A DNA stretch of 64,000 nucleotides from Eledone cirrhosa (taxonomy: Eukaryota): positions 66,588,001-66,652,000 of the forward strand of contig OZ024747.1 in NCBI GenBank assembly GCA_964016885.1, given 5' to 3'. The notes under the pieces were generated by a model. The model saw only the letters and a program-made list of their open reading frames with translations. It had not been told where the DNA came from and searched no databases. Positions within the stretch are counted from its first letter, which is position 1, and each line of letters starts with the position of its first letter. The translations under genes were made by a program, and so were the position numbers. This document shows, in pieces, positions 1 to 13,493 of the stretch.

Positions 1-177
1 CTATTTTTGGCACAAGGCCAGCAATTATTCCAGTGTATTACTGGTACTTTATTTTATCGACCCCGTAAGGATGAAAGGCAAAGTTAACCTCGGCGGGATT
101 TGAGCTCAGAACATAAAACGCCGTAACTCTTTGCTGCAAAGCATGGCCTCATACCCTTTACCGATACAGCCACAATT
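1..177 (-). mobile_element. tRNA-derived SINE (family A), tail cut by window edge
   Basis: Reverse complement matches the other copies (17814, 18395, 31803), including the B-box-like GAGCTCAAATCC, the CATCCTTACGGGGTCGATAAAATAAAGTACC core and the TGCTGGCCTTGTGCC tail. Confidence 0.85.
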
Positions 178-579
178 AATAAGCCCCTAGAACGCGAAAA
201 TAAGAGGCGTGTGTTCGATTTCCACACAGGCTGATGCCCATTTTTCCATTCAAGAGGCATACATACTATTTATTAGTAGACTAGTTTCTGTAGTCAAGAA
301 ATACGGTGAAGTTACAGAGAGACAGATAGAAAGGTTGATGTACAAAGAGATGATGAAATGCAAAGTGAACCACGGCATTATCTGAACTCAGAACACTCTA
401 AAGACGCTGCGAAATCGACCGCATTAGGAGCATATATAGTATTTAGTATATATTATATACAGGATAGAGAATATATAGTATATATAAAGCATATATAGAA
501 TATATTATTTATAGATACCTGCTGACTGGTTAGACAAGCAGATGTAGAGTGGGGAAAAGAGGGAGAGAGACAGAGGAAC

Positions 580-580
<1 letters not shown>

Positions 581-655
<75 letters not shown>
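581..655. repeat. (GA)n microsatellite, representative of dozens of (TA)n, (CA)n, (GA)n, (GATA)n, (TATG)n and (TAT)n tracts
   Basis: Directly visible. Confidence 0.95.
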
Positions 656-660
<5 letters not shown>

Positions 661-983
661 GGGGTTTACTTGTATGTGTATTCTAGCATACACATTATAT
701 ATCAATTTATATATTATATATAATATAATGCAGCATATATATTATATAGAATGGTGTTTTGATAGTTTTTTGCATAGAATGATTACTAATGAGAGCAGTC
801 CGTGTGAATAGATCAGGCGTTGAGATCCAGCGTTTACTTGACATTACTGAGACCGAGAGACCGATTGGAAATGGTTTAGAATAGCTTTGGTGGACATTGT
901 TGATGTACACACACATATATATATACACACACACACACACATATATATATATAAAAGGATAGAGGTGTAACACACAAGTTATG

Positions 984-1061
984 ATATATTGATAAACGGA
1001 AAAGAAAATGCTGACAAATTGTTCACTGTGAACAATTTGTCAGCATTTTCTTTTCCGTTTA

Positions 1062-1070
<9 letters not shown>
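984..1070. repeat. Fold-back palindrome next to (TA)n
   Basis: 993-1026 is the exact reverse complement of 1028-1061 (34-bp arms, 1-nt centre); pairing extends a further 8 bp after one mismatch. Confidence 0.95.
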
Positions 1071-1132
<62 letters not shown>

Positions 1133-1352
1133 GTATATGTAAATATATATAAATATATTTACTTATATATAAATATATATATATAAATACATTTATAAAT
1201 ATATATATATGTTTATTTTTAGTTTTATTTTTATTTTTTAAATTTTTATTTATACCCACTCCACCGTTTTTCCTCCCTTTCCTCTACCCCCTTTTCTCTA
1301 AATGTCTCTCCTCCACTCCCCTACACACCCTCGGAACTCTCTTCCCACCCAC

Positions 1353-1392
1353 TTTTCGCCTGAAGAAGGGCTTATGCCCGAAACGTCGTTCC
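1353..1392 (+). ncRNA. Minimal type I hammerhead ribozyme motif (Penelope-type)
   Basis: CTGAAGA-A-GGGC-TTAT-GCCC-GAAA-CG-TC; stem I only weakly paired; lies in a ~260-bp island between two (TA)n tracts. Confidence 0.65.
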
Positions 1393-1470
1393 CCACCCCC
1401 CACTCTCAAGAGCGTGAAACTAATAAACCTTTGTTTGTACTGCCTCTCTGTTTTGTTCCCGTTCCATTTT

Positions 1471-1533
<63 letters not shown>

Positions 1534-1539
<6 letters not shown>

Positions 1540-2199
1540 TATGAAGAGAGAAGAAACATTTAGATATAATTAGTAATAAAATGTATCATACCTAAACTGT
1601 TCCTAAATTCCTCGACTACGTAGTTTCGTGGCATAAACAAAAACAATATATCAAAGATATAGAGTCCTTGCGAGGTCTGCCGACTTATCAAGAGGATACC
1701 TCATTTTACTAGTCTCAAGAACGCGTCTACACGACGTGAGAAAGAATCCCAAAAGGCGGAGGGGGAGATAGTCACGCGATATAACGGTCGAGAAACAGAG
1801 CTAAGCCTCTTATAACCACGAAGAAAATACCACGGAGGCGGAGGGGGTATTCATATCGAGGCCGTAGAAGAGGTAGTGAAGAAGGCGAGAAGTATGAGTA
1901 ATGGAAGCTTTCCAGTTGTCCCCACACTTCAAAGATTGCTCGACCAGAGGGAGTTATTAATATATTTAGAAACACACAGATACATGCGGACACACACATA
2001 TATACATGAATGCATCCGCACCCAACTGTGAGTTAAGGGTGCCAACTTCACCGATGTTGCTCAATGAATGACTGGGACAGACCAATTCAGTTTGAACTAG
2101 ACTGAACCAGTATCAGAGTTAAAAATACATTATGAAGAGAGAAGAAACATTTAGATATAATTAGTAATAAAATGTATCATACCTAAACTGTTCCTAAAT
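1534..2199 (-). mobile_element. ORF-less unit with 75-bp terminal direct repeats, embedded in (TA)n, carrying a hammerhead motif
   Basis: 1534-1608 is identical to 2125-2199; TA runs on both outer sides. Confidence 0.65.
1609..1696 (-). ncRNA. Type I hammerhead motif with degenerate core
   Basis: Minus strand: TCCTC-[TTGATAA]-GTcGGCA...TGCCAC-GAAA-CTACGTAG-TC-GAGGA; stems I and II pair and stem III is palindromic. Confidence 0.6.
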
Positions 2200-2205
2200 A
2201 TATAC

Positions 2206-2241
<36 letters not shown>

Positions 2242-2243
2242 TC

Positions 2244-2279
<36 letters not shown>

Positions 2280-2742
2280 GTATATATATAATAAGACAGA
2301 GAGAGAGAGAGGGGGAGAGAGAAAGAGAGAGAGAGAAAGAGACAGAGAGAGGGATAGAGAGAGGGGGGGAGGGGGCAGATTGAATGATGTGAGGATAAGA
2401 TTAAGACGAAAGAAAGAGAGTATGTCACGAAAGGATGAATAAATGAGGGAAAGTTTGCGTAAAATTGATATCAGAGAGTTACAGGTAGATGACATTCTAA
2501 TAATGGAAATAGTGAGAGAGAGGAACGATTGTGTGTGTGTATTTGTGTATGTTTGTGCGAGTGTTTCTGTATGATACAGATATATAGATAGTAGATAGGA
2601 AGGTAGGTAGATAGGAATATAGAGCTGGTAGGGCAGGGAGTAGACAGTAACAGTGAGCTTTTAAGGAGCAGGTAAACCTGAGAAATACGGCATTTGTCTA
2701 AATGTTAACATCATGCATGCATAGATAAATGCACACATACAG

Positions 2743-2818
<76 letters not shown>

Positions 2819-2834
2819 TAAAGTAATATATACA

Positions 2835-2894
<60 letters not shown>

Positions 2895-3115
2895 GAGGTT
2901 ATATTTAATTTGTTGGGATTCAACAAGCTTAAAAATGTTTATAACTGATATAAAGCACTCAACAGATTAGTGGAGTAAATACACAATATATTAATACATG
3001 GAAACTATATTTATAAAACCATAATTATTTTATTATACATATTTCAAGGGCAACCAAGGCAAATTATGCTGTACTTCCATTTGTATATATATATCCGTGT
3101 GTGTGTGTGTGTGTG

Positions 3116-3210
<95 letters not shown>

Positions 3211-3399
3211 ATATATATATATTGCGCTATTGACAGTGTTTATGTATGTTTGACTGCAGATATATGTTTGTCGTGTATGTATGTACAGGTATTTCACGAG
3301 GAGGAACCTCGGTAGGATGCAACGTCTAAAAATTTCGTTGCTCAAGAGAGACATATAAAATCAGTCTACACAAAATCGACTCCCCCGCGATTTATTGAT

Positions 3400-3760
3400 T
3401 AGCTCTTTTAGCGCATCTCCCCCACTCTCGTTCGGGTTAATACATTTGCAATTCTGTTGGCTGGGTCCATGGATTTACATGCATCTGATGCTTTGCAAAT
3501 GAATGTGGATTTACTAATATAAGGAATAGGCCCTGTGCATTTGGTCGGTTCTTACAGCGCACCTCCTTCACAATCCTTCAGGTTAACACATTCACCAATC
3601 TTTCCACTGGGACTATGAAATATATCTATCTGATTGTTTTACGGAAGATATGAGAAGCTGCTCGATTGAGAACGTGTTAGACAGACTCTTTCAGTGCAGC
3701 TCCTTTGCTTTCCTCTTAGATAAAGAACTCGCAATTTGATATACTGAAATCTTATCTACC
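3400..3760. repeat. Old diverged tandem repeat, ~140-bp period, about 3 units
   Basis: Recurring CTCTT(T/A)(T/C)AG(C/T)GCA.CTCC motif near 3404, 3549 and 3686. Confidence 0.5.
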
Positions 3761-4619
3761 TTGAACACCAAAACATTTACCCATTGCAGCGTAGAGGATT
3801 TAAGCTCCCCTTTCTGGCTAATGGATGAGTTGAATTACTGGTAAAATGTTTTTGAAAGAGACGAGGACGTAGAGTTAACATGACTAGAAGAAGCAGACAG
3901 ATTTTCATCCAATTATACCCAATTTATCATTTCCGAATCACGTTGTCAAATCTAGAAAAATTCGTACTTAATTATCTAAGATGAATTATAATTCTGTCTC
4001 TTAGCCGTGGCGTCTCTCAGCGACTTTCTATCTTCCTCTCACATCTCTCACCTTTCACCTATGCATCCGTAAAATATTGTACATTTTTCTTAATTAAAAT
4101 GCTGCAGTTTATTGATTATTTAGAAGGAGCATGTATGTGACCTATTCTACTCTAATATTAAATCCATGCTTTCCGATAAATTCTCATTACTCACATTTCC
4201 CGTAACTGAAAATGCCTATTATTTTCGAACAAATTTTTAAACCGTTATTTTTTCATATACATAATTGTATAATAAAACCTAAAATGGTGGGGAATCTCTA
4301 TGGAAGAATAAATATTCTCATCTCTATTATTATTTTCATGAAAAATTTTGAACAAATGATTTCAGTGTTAATGCACTCTAAATGCTGTCATCTAAGACGT
4401 TTCAGAAACGAGCTAATAATTCTATACTTCTAGAGACTGAGGTGAGAAGTTGCGACCGGCAAATAGTATCTGCAATGGAAATTTGTTTCCTTGATCTGAT
4501 CTGATGATCATACATACATACACACGAGCAAAACCTGGTTTTGCTTTCTGAGTCTCTTTCCTGTTACCAGTGTAGTTTATCCTTGTTAGAGAATTTAAAA
4601 GAGTTTAAATGACTGGGAG

Positions 4620-4800
4620 TGCAAAATCACTCGTTGGATATGACCATGTTCCATCACAGGGTAAGTCCACAGCTACTGCTTCTAGCAATCGTTTTCCTTT
4701 GAGTTGCTTTGAGCAACGTGAAATGGGGTGTTTTCTCTGAGAAATCGAACCCACCACATTACGATCATCAGCTGAACACAACAACCACAAGATCGGGCGC
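4620..4800 (-). mobile_element. Degenerate tRNA-head SINE
   Basis: Minus strand GTGGGTTCGATTTC B-box followed by TTTCACGTTGCTC; resembles the copy at 50520. Confidence 0.45.
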
Positions 4801-6897
4801 CTTCGCTATATGAATAAGTATGTAAAATAACTTTTGGCCAAGTCGTAAATACAGTTATGTCTGTCATAATAATATTTATTACCTGTCATAATGTGTTGCT
4901 TAAGCACGTCTTTTGTTAGTTTCTCTTTTTTCCTTACATTTTTAGTGAAACATTTAATTCTGAAAATGACAAGTCCAGATGTCAAGTTGTTTAGGAAATT
5001 ATAAATATAAAAGACGCAATAATAATAATGCTAATAATAATAATAATCATAATAATAACAACAATGATAATAATAATGATGATGATGATGATGATGAGGA
5101 TGATTTTCGCTAAAGAAAAATAAATATATTTTATTAGAGGCTGACTTTCAATGCTAACTGAAATAACATGAGACTTCTTTTGCATGTGTGTGTGTGTGTA
5201 AGTGGTTATATGTATGTATTTGTGTGTATGTGTGTTTATACATATGTAATTATTTGTGTATGAGAGAGAAAGTGCGTGTGTGTGCATGTGTGAATGAAGC
5301 TTCTGTGGTGACATAAAAAGTAACATTTTCTCTGCATGTTTGTTTGTGAAGGTTGTATATTGTGAGAATGTATCTGTGTTTATGTGTACATTTATTTTTT
5401 GTGTATGTTTTAATGTGTGTGAAATAGACTGAGTACGAAGGCTGTATGTTGTATAATGACATAAAAATTGCAGAGATGATGCCATAAATTTCACTGTAGA
5501 TTAAACGACCAGAAAATGTAACACTTATGTATTATGGAGCTTACGAGAGAAGCTCTATTTTATGCGGAAGCTTGATCTGCTGGAATCAACAACCGGCACT
5601 CCATTAAATCATACACTAAATCTACAGCCAACAGTTACAATCGAATATGTCTTGGTAGTATATACCATGCTTCGCAAAAGGTTTTATTAACCCATACAGA
5701 TGCGAGCAGACATAAAAATAAATCTCTCGACTCTCCTTACTTTGATCCAACTTAACATCCAGCATATGGTAGCTGGGAGGTAAAAAAGCTGGACCAACAC
5801 TAAACTGGTGGTACTTATGTATCAACCCTGATGGGAGAAAAGGCAAAGGGAACCTAAGTAAGACATGAATTCAAAGCGGAAAAAGTTTAAAAAATATTCA
5901 ACGAATCTGCCAACCATTGCAGTCGCGAGCAGACACACAATCTCTCACGATCTTCACTTCCTTGATTCAGTGAAAAATGTGGCAAGTGAAAGCAGAGATG
6001 GCTGTGTCAATACTGGGCTGGTAATTTCTTTACCGATACCGAAAATTTGAAAGGTAAATTGAACCTTGATGAGATTTGAACTCAGAACAAATATGAAGCG
6101 CTCTAATAACTTTCCAAAATCTGAAATATAAGGAAAACCAAATTGAATTATGAGGTACCAGATACATTATTTCTGAAAATATGACAGAATTCAACTCATA
6201 ATTCGCCGGTAAACTGCATGGTGCTGCACAGTAGAATCGAATCTGGAATCACGTGGTCGTGATACGAAATTTTAAATCACACAATTCGGCTATGCTTGCC
6301 CCTTATACACCAGTCAATGTCCTAGAAGGGCCTTAGAAATGTTGGTTAAAGTCAAACCATCTAATGAATTCCAACACAAACATATTAAGAGAGCCAGTAA
6401 GGCGTGAAGTTAGCATTAATTCCTATTGATGTTTTCGTAATGTTTGGAATTGGCGTCAAACCGCTTGATCAGCAGACTGAATACCTAGCAGGAATAACAA
6501 TTTATTATCTTGTCTCTAAACATGTATGATTAATTCTGTTTATAGGTTTGTTGTTTTATCAAGATTGCTGAAGTGCTACAAATTGTAGTGCACCAAATCA
6601 TTTGCAAATTAGAACAGAGAAAGGAAGTTAGGTGTGCCAGTAGGTATTAGCTTACTCCCTCTTTTTTACTTGTCGTTTCCCCGAAGCAACCACAGTGGTC
6701 ACACAACAGCTTTCTAACTCTCTACAGAAATCTTTGTATTTTCATCAAAGCCTGCAAGATTTTTGCATATGCACGTAACGTATATATATATACATGTACA
6801 ACACGTGTAAATGTATATGTATACACCCGCAACACGTGCATAAGGCATGTATTTCGCGGTAAGTAGTAAAATTCTTAATGAACTATCTCAAAGGAAG

Positions 6898-7135
6898 CTT
6901 ACATTTCACATCTGCCCTGGGTCTGTTGCCAACCTTTTCGTGGCGATGAGCTACATTTTACATCTGGCTCGGGTTTATTACCTACTCTGGTGGATTTACA
7001 TTTTGCAGCTGGTCTGTACTTGTTACAAGCATTCCAGAGGGAGGTAACTACAATTTACATCTGTCCTATTACCAATTTTGGAAGCGTACATTTTACATCT
7101 GATCTAGGCCTATCACCAGCTGGACATATTGAACA
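6898..7135. repeat. Degenerate minisatellite, ~45-53-bp unit
   Basis: ACATTTTACATCTG...TATTACC recurs about 5 times. Confidence 0.65.
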
Positions 7136-7574
7136 TTTATTTAGCTATAGAACAGGACTTTAATATTGGGCATAGTTACTGAAACGTATGTAAAACCGAA
7201 AATATAGTGCTGTTTAACTCCTATCACACGGTTAATTTGTAGTGTCGTTAAGGTGTCGGGTTAAATGTGTAGATATTTACTCTGGTTCAAATATCGCCGA
7301 AGCCAACATATTTAATTTTCTTGTCCTACTTCAGTATCTATAAGTTCATTATCCATGTTCTAGTTGTTCAGGTTCTGCCCTCTATTTCCTACTTATATAT
7401 TGATGAAACCTACTTTACTATCCAACCTTACCACCATCTGTTCTGTACTTTCGATTTCAGTAACAAATCAATATTTAGAAACTTTAAGAAATAAACTTTC
7501 AACTAATTTTGTATGTTATATTCTGTAGAAATTATTTTGATTATACACACACACAAAAATAAACATTTACATAC

Positions 7575-7643
<69 letters not shown>

Positions 7644-7850
7644 CCACACACACACACACCCACACACCCACACAGACAAATGTATGAGAATGAGAAAAAA
7701 AAGAGAGAAGGAGAAGGTGATTTAGAGAATTAGACGGAGATGAAGTGGGAGAAAGAGAGAGAGGGAGACATTGATTTTCGCAGGTATTTTACGTGCATCT
7801 TTAGCACGAGTGTGCCACAAACAGCTACGTACAGATAAGTGCCGCAAGAA

Positions 7851-8000
7851 GGCAGCGAATTGGCAGAATCGTTAGACGTCGGATAATGCTTTCCGGTTTT
7901 TGTTCCAGTTCACTGAGTTCTGAGTTCAAATCATGCCGAGTTTAACTTTACCTTTCATATTTTCGAGGGCGATAAATAATGTACTAGTCGAGTACTGGGG
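7851..8000 (+). mobile_element. SINE family A, old diverged copy
   Basis: TTGGCAGAATCGTTAG head, GAGTTCAAATC B-box, CCTTTCAT...GATAAATAA core. Confidence 0.65.
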
Positions 8001-9345
8001 CCACTTCTCTCTCTCTCTGGAAGAAATCAGTTTTGTGAAGTCCTCCAGAACAGTAGGCTCTGCCAGTTTAAATTTCCCTAGATACGCTGACTACAATAGG
8101 AGATAAATGGCCATATATTATGGACATTTATTTTGCTGCAACATTTAACCAATTAATGAAATATTTTTGGTGTCTGTGTGTATACGATTCCTAGTATATG
8201 ACTTTATTGATTAAAGTGGTTTCTATCTATAGAAAATGTACTTTAAGTTATATAAAACATTTATATAAACCAATTTCAACATTAGTTTGTTTATCCGTAA
8301 ATATAATATTACCACTTAATACTATGTCTTACCATTTGGGATATTTGGAAATTAAATTGACAGATCAAACCTTGTATTTACATCTCAACAGGGTGAAATG
8401 TAGCGAGTATATGCAGCATTAACCGCAGCTACTTAGGCACAATGCGAACGTTTAGTTGAAGTAGCCATTAAAAGAGAAAATTTAACACTTTTGTAAAAGT
8501 TCATTTGTTCAGTGAAGCGGTAGATTAACTTAGGTCAACATGAAAGAATGATTAAACGTATCACGGACTACTGAACCAGCCCTAACGCTGTATGTCTCTC
8601 GACTGTTATCTTCACAAAGCATTTCAAATTCTGTGGCTCCAGTAAAATATCGTGCAGACAATATTTCATCATCCTTCAGTAGCCTTGCTATTGCTCAGGT
8701 TCAATACTCAGTAATCATTGCCAACTTTACTGTGTGGATTTTTATTTATTTATTTATTTATTTAGTTATTTATTTATTTATTGATATATGTATGTATCTA
8801 TTTATAAATACATTTATACATTTACTACCTGTCTATTTATCTATTGAAATATCAATACAAGTCTGACCAATATTATTTTTTCCTACTTACATGATTTACT
8901 CCTGTTCGAATAGGCTGAAAGTTTCCATATATTCCTAATGAAGCTAATCAAAATGGCGACGAATCGTCATCGTTAGAGCATCGGAGCAAATACCTCCCGA
9001 TATTTGCTTCCGTTCCCTGCACCTCTGTGTTCGAATCCCAACTCTGGTCAACTCTGCTTATCATCCTTTTGGGATCAATAAATAAAGTACTGGTTCAAGG
9101 TAGTGGATAGTGGATTTTTTATAGAGTTAGACGGGATGGCCTTACCAGTTAGTGGCTACCTTCAAGATTTGGCCTCTTGTGCTTCATATATAAATATATA
9201 TGTATATATAACCGTAAGTGTTAAATGCCTTATTATAAACACAAACAAAATATCTGTAATCCAATGCTACCCATGAACCCAAATAAATACCCACTAAACA
9301 CGTAAATCTGACTTAACATAACATATAAACCCTAGACAAAATAAT

Positions 9346-9530
9346 TGTTTCTATTTTAGGCACAAGGCCAGCAATTACCCAGTACATTACTGGTACTTTA
9401 TTTTATCGACCCCGTAAGGATGAAAGGCAAAGTTAACCTCGGCGGGATTTGAACTTAGATCGTAAAGGGACGTAACTCTATGCTTCAAAGCATGGTGTCC
9501 GACTCTCTACCGATACTGCCAATCCACCGG
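9346..9530 (-). mobile_element. SINE family A, full length with TSD
   Basis: 15-bp target-site duplication CCTAGACAAAATAAT at 9331-9345 and 9531-9545. Confidence 0.92.
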
Positions 9531-10678
9531 CCTAGACAAAATAATAAAAGGTAATTCTGTCATTCAGAGCTATATCCATGTATACCAATAACCAAACTTA
9601 TACTAATTTCTGGTATAGAACAACACACTTCATCAGACTGCAGCTCTCAAACTACGTGCTTTCTATATATTATTTTGTATTACTCTTATATCATCACCAG
9701 GCTACAAAGTTATAAGTGGTGTATGTAATATAGTCCCCATTGTGACATCCTTTCATTTTCTATACTGGAAGAATAAAGGTTAAAAGAACTTAGAAAGTAA
9801 AGGAACAAAACGTGATGCCACATAAGTTTTAGTCCCGGCACCTTTTCAGTGGCTTATATTCTGCCTTGCTTTACACATTAGACCACATGGAAAGTATATA
9901 ACTCGATTCCTAGAAGATTTTCGTTCACACCATGTCACTGTAATCCAGCCAATTTTATAAGGCCATGTATTACACTTTTTACCTCTTGTGTAATGAGTCA
10001 TAACTAGATACCACAGATAATTTAGTCCGGCACTCATCAAACGACTCGCTTTCAATAGTTTATATAATACCCTGTTTCATACATTTTAGCTCTAGTGTAT
10101 TCGTTGACCTTCTATTTTAAACAGATACAATACAAAGTCTATTCAGCCAACACAGATAAGCAGTCTTCATTATTTATTATTATTATTTCATTATCATGTC
10201 AGCTTACTGTCTTTATGTGCATTTTTGTCAATTATGTCAGGTTTTTTTCGTTGCTTATTGAACTTAACACGAATCTATAATCGCCTCCATTGTAATTTCC
10301 TTCTCCTTCTGACATTCTCTGATATTTCCAGTTCAAACAAAGCTGTTGCCTCCACACTCACCTTCATACTACGATGCCTTTTGCTTTAGGTTTTAGCTTT
10401 TATTTTATTTTAGTTTGTTGCTTTTGTTTCCTAATTGTTAGTTGAATAATTATATTTCTTCTGGTGCTATTGATAGAAATAGTCAGGGTTTCGGTGTGAA
10501 ACAGTCAAAGAAAAAACATGAGAATAGAATATCTATTTAAATCGTTGGCTTTTTTCAAATAAATTATCTATAGAAATCTACGTTCTTACGCAGACATACA
10601 CACGCAGGCACACACAAACACACACACACACACACACATATATATACACATACGCATAAACAGACACACACACACACA

Positions 10679-10713
<35 letters not shown>

Positions 10714-10752
10714 CACAGACATAGTCGTACAAAAACAGTCACACACACAAAA

Positions 10753-10826
<74 letters not shown>

Positions 10827-11319
10827 ATATTCTACTGTTATTCAATTGTGTGACTCCAAGAAGTATCAAGGAACACAATACTGTCAGTAATAATTACGAT
10901 ATGTCCGTTTTATTATAACTATTCAACAACCTTCCATTATAATACAGTCATTAAGATAAGTCCATATTTACAGCACGACTATTACAATTGATACTTAACA
11001 GTATATTCCTATGATAATGATGATGATGATGATGATGATGATAATAATAATTATTATAATGTTTTCTTTATTAACCACAAGGGTTGACATAAAGTATAAC
11101 ATTAAGGACAGCACAGGACAGTACAGGACGGTACAAATGGGCATTTCTGCGTCTAAAGATAAAACAATAACAAAGGAAATGACAAAAAAAGAAACAAAGG
11201 AAAATTCCCCATTAGGGGGGAGGCCTCCGAGGGACACTCGTGGAGAAAGCCCATTAAAAAAGCCACGGTGACCCTGACCAGCAGGGCACATCCTCTCTCC
11301 CAGTTTTCCACCTCCAATT

Positions 11320-12875
11320 TACAGGCGCATATTTAGACAGACCCATTCACCCGGGACATGCTTGCCTCTCACACCCATCTTTCAACAAATTGCTGAGAAG
11401 AGAGCACTTCCCTCTCCACCCTGATTTTCCTTTTCATAATTTAATCAGGGCATCACCGAAGAGGTAAGTGCTCGTCTTCAGCCCTTTCAAACGCGTCCAC
11501 CACACGACCTCTTTCTCAATGGCCACCAGGCAGTTAAGAACGGCCTCCCCTTCCCGACTAAAGGATGGCGGCGGGGCAATCCTCACGATGTACTCAGCTA
11601 ATAGCCGGATCCGTCCTACACGCGACATCAGGTTTTCGACATAAACCACAAGTCAGCAATGCTCGGACACTGGACGGGTGCGTGTAGGAAGGGTTTCGTC
11701 GACCTGCACGCATTTCAGACAGGCTCGGCTGACGGCACTTTCATGCCTGTAGAGTTTATTCCGAACTGACAAAGCACCCCGGTAGCACTGCCAGGCCAGG
11801 GATTTCTGGAGATTGTCCATGGGACCCGGCCCGAAAGTTCTCTCAAAGAGATTGGCTAGTTGATTTCCGTTGACGCCCAGAGTCTCCCCAAGAACGTCGT
11901 CACTCTTTCCCGCCACTAACCCTCTATAGAACGCCAAGGTGGAGTTTCCACCGATTGCATCGTCCGATTGGTTGGGGGCTGTGAGCGCTTGAAGACATTC
12001 CAATCTCCAAGCGCTCCCTCTCGGTCTTCACTTGACCCAGGACTGCAGCTCTGGGGTAAAACGCGTCTAGGAAACGGCGACCACACCTGATCACCGTCGA
12101 GGAAGAGGTAGAGATGCCGTAGCCTAAGCGTATATTTGCGCATCAGCAGCTATGGCATGACCAGTCCTCCATGTAGCGGGTGTTGACAACAAATGGACCT
12201 CCTGACCATAAGAGCGCCTTCATTCCACAAAAAACAAAAGAGCAAATGCTCCAACGCAGTCGGGCGAGGCTTAGGACAACTCACAACGGTCAGGTGGTAG
12301 TAGATGACGGACGCGATGTACGCGTTCGCCACCTCCGCTCTACCTTTCAGGGATATCTTCTTCTCGGCCCATTTCAGGTGAGAGTAGTCACCCTGCTCGT
12401 CACCTCATCCCAGATTTTGTCCGTCTTGTGGTCGGGACCGAACCATACCCCTAGCAATTTAACCGGTCCGTCCGTCCAACGCCCGACGATGTTGTTGGAC
12501 GGCATGGACCTTCCTCTCCAGGTGCCAACTTTCCCTGATTAATCAGTGTTCCTGTCACTACCTCGTATTCTCTTAGTGTAGTGTCGATTGCCTCGATGTG
12601 TTTGGCACTCGACATCACTACGCTGACGTCGTCGGTATATGCTGACACGGTTCTCCAGCATCTAAGTTCGCGCGGGACGCCCCTCAATGTCTCCAGTTTG
12701 TGCAGTAATGGCTCGAGAGTCAATACGCATAACAGGGACGAGAGGGGACATCCTTGGCGGATCGAGTGCATGATGTTGAATGGTTCCAAAAGGTGGCCGT
12801 TCACTCTCACCACAGAGCAGATGTCGCTGTGCATGGCAGTGATCCAGCCTCTGAAGACGAGCCCAAAGCCGATGT
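11320..12875 (-). pseudogene. Frameshifted ORF2 (RT C-terminal half and zinc-binding region) of Tx1-like LINE
   Basis: SIRQGCPLSSLL, SAYTDDV, SLAWQCYRGAL and KEVVWWTRL spread over several frames; homologous to the ORF at 61019. Confidence 0.85.
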
Positions 12876-13493
12876 CCTTGGGGAATTTTAATTTTAGGGT
12901 TGTGTATGTTTTTGTGTGATCCGAGTGATTTGTATGTGTGTGGGTGGTGTGAAGTTTTGGGGTATTGTATAGTTTTTCTCTGTGATGCTGGTGTTGTGTT
13001 GAATTTAGTGTAATAATTATTGTTAAAGTTTAATGCTGTGTAGTGTTTCGGTTTGGTCGCTTTGCTGTGTTTGTGTTTGTTGTGGGTTTGTTTCTTTTTC
13101 GCTTGCTGGTGTTTTTTGTGGTGTCGGTGATGGTGGTGTTGGGATTGATGAAGGTGATGGTGTTAGTGTTTGGGGCGATGGGGCTGGTGATGCTGTGTGG
13201 GTGGTGGTGGTGGCATAGCTGTCTTAACTTTCTTGTTATTTTGTTTGTTTGTTTCGCCCTCTATTTTTTGGAGGACGAAGGAAGAGGGTTCTTTCTTTTC
13301 TGGTTTCTCTTTTTTAAAGATACAGTTTTCCACCCCTCCTCCTCGTCACAATCCGTCTCCAGTTGTGAGAGGTTGGAGAGTGGAATGTCCTACATATGCG
13401 CTGGTGTTGGTTGTGGCGGGGTGGATGGTGGAGGCGCTGGTGCTGCTTCTGGCGCGGTGGGCGGTGGGAGTGTTGGTCTTGCGACTGTTGCTG

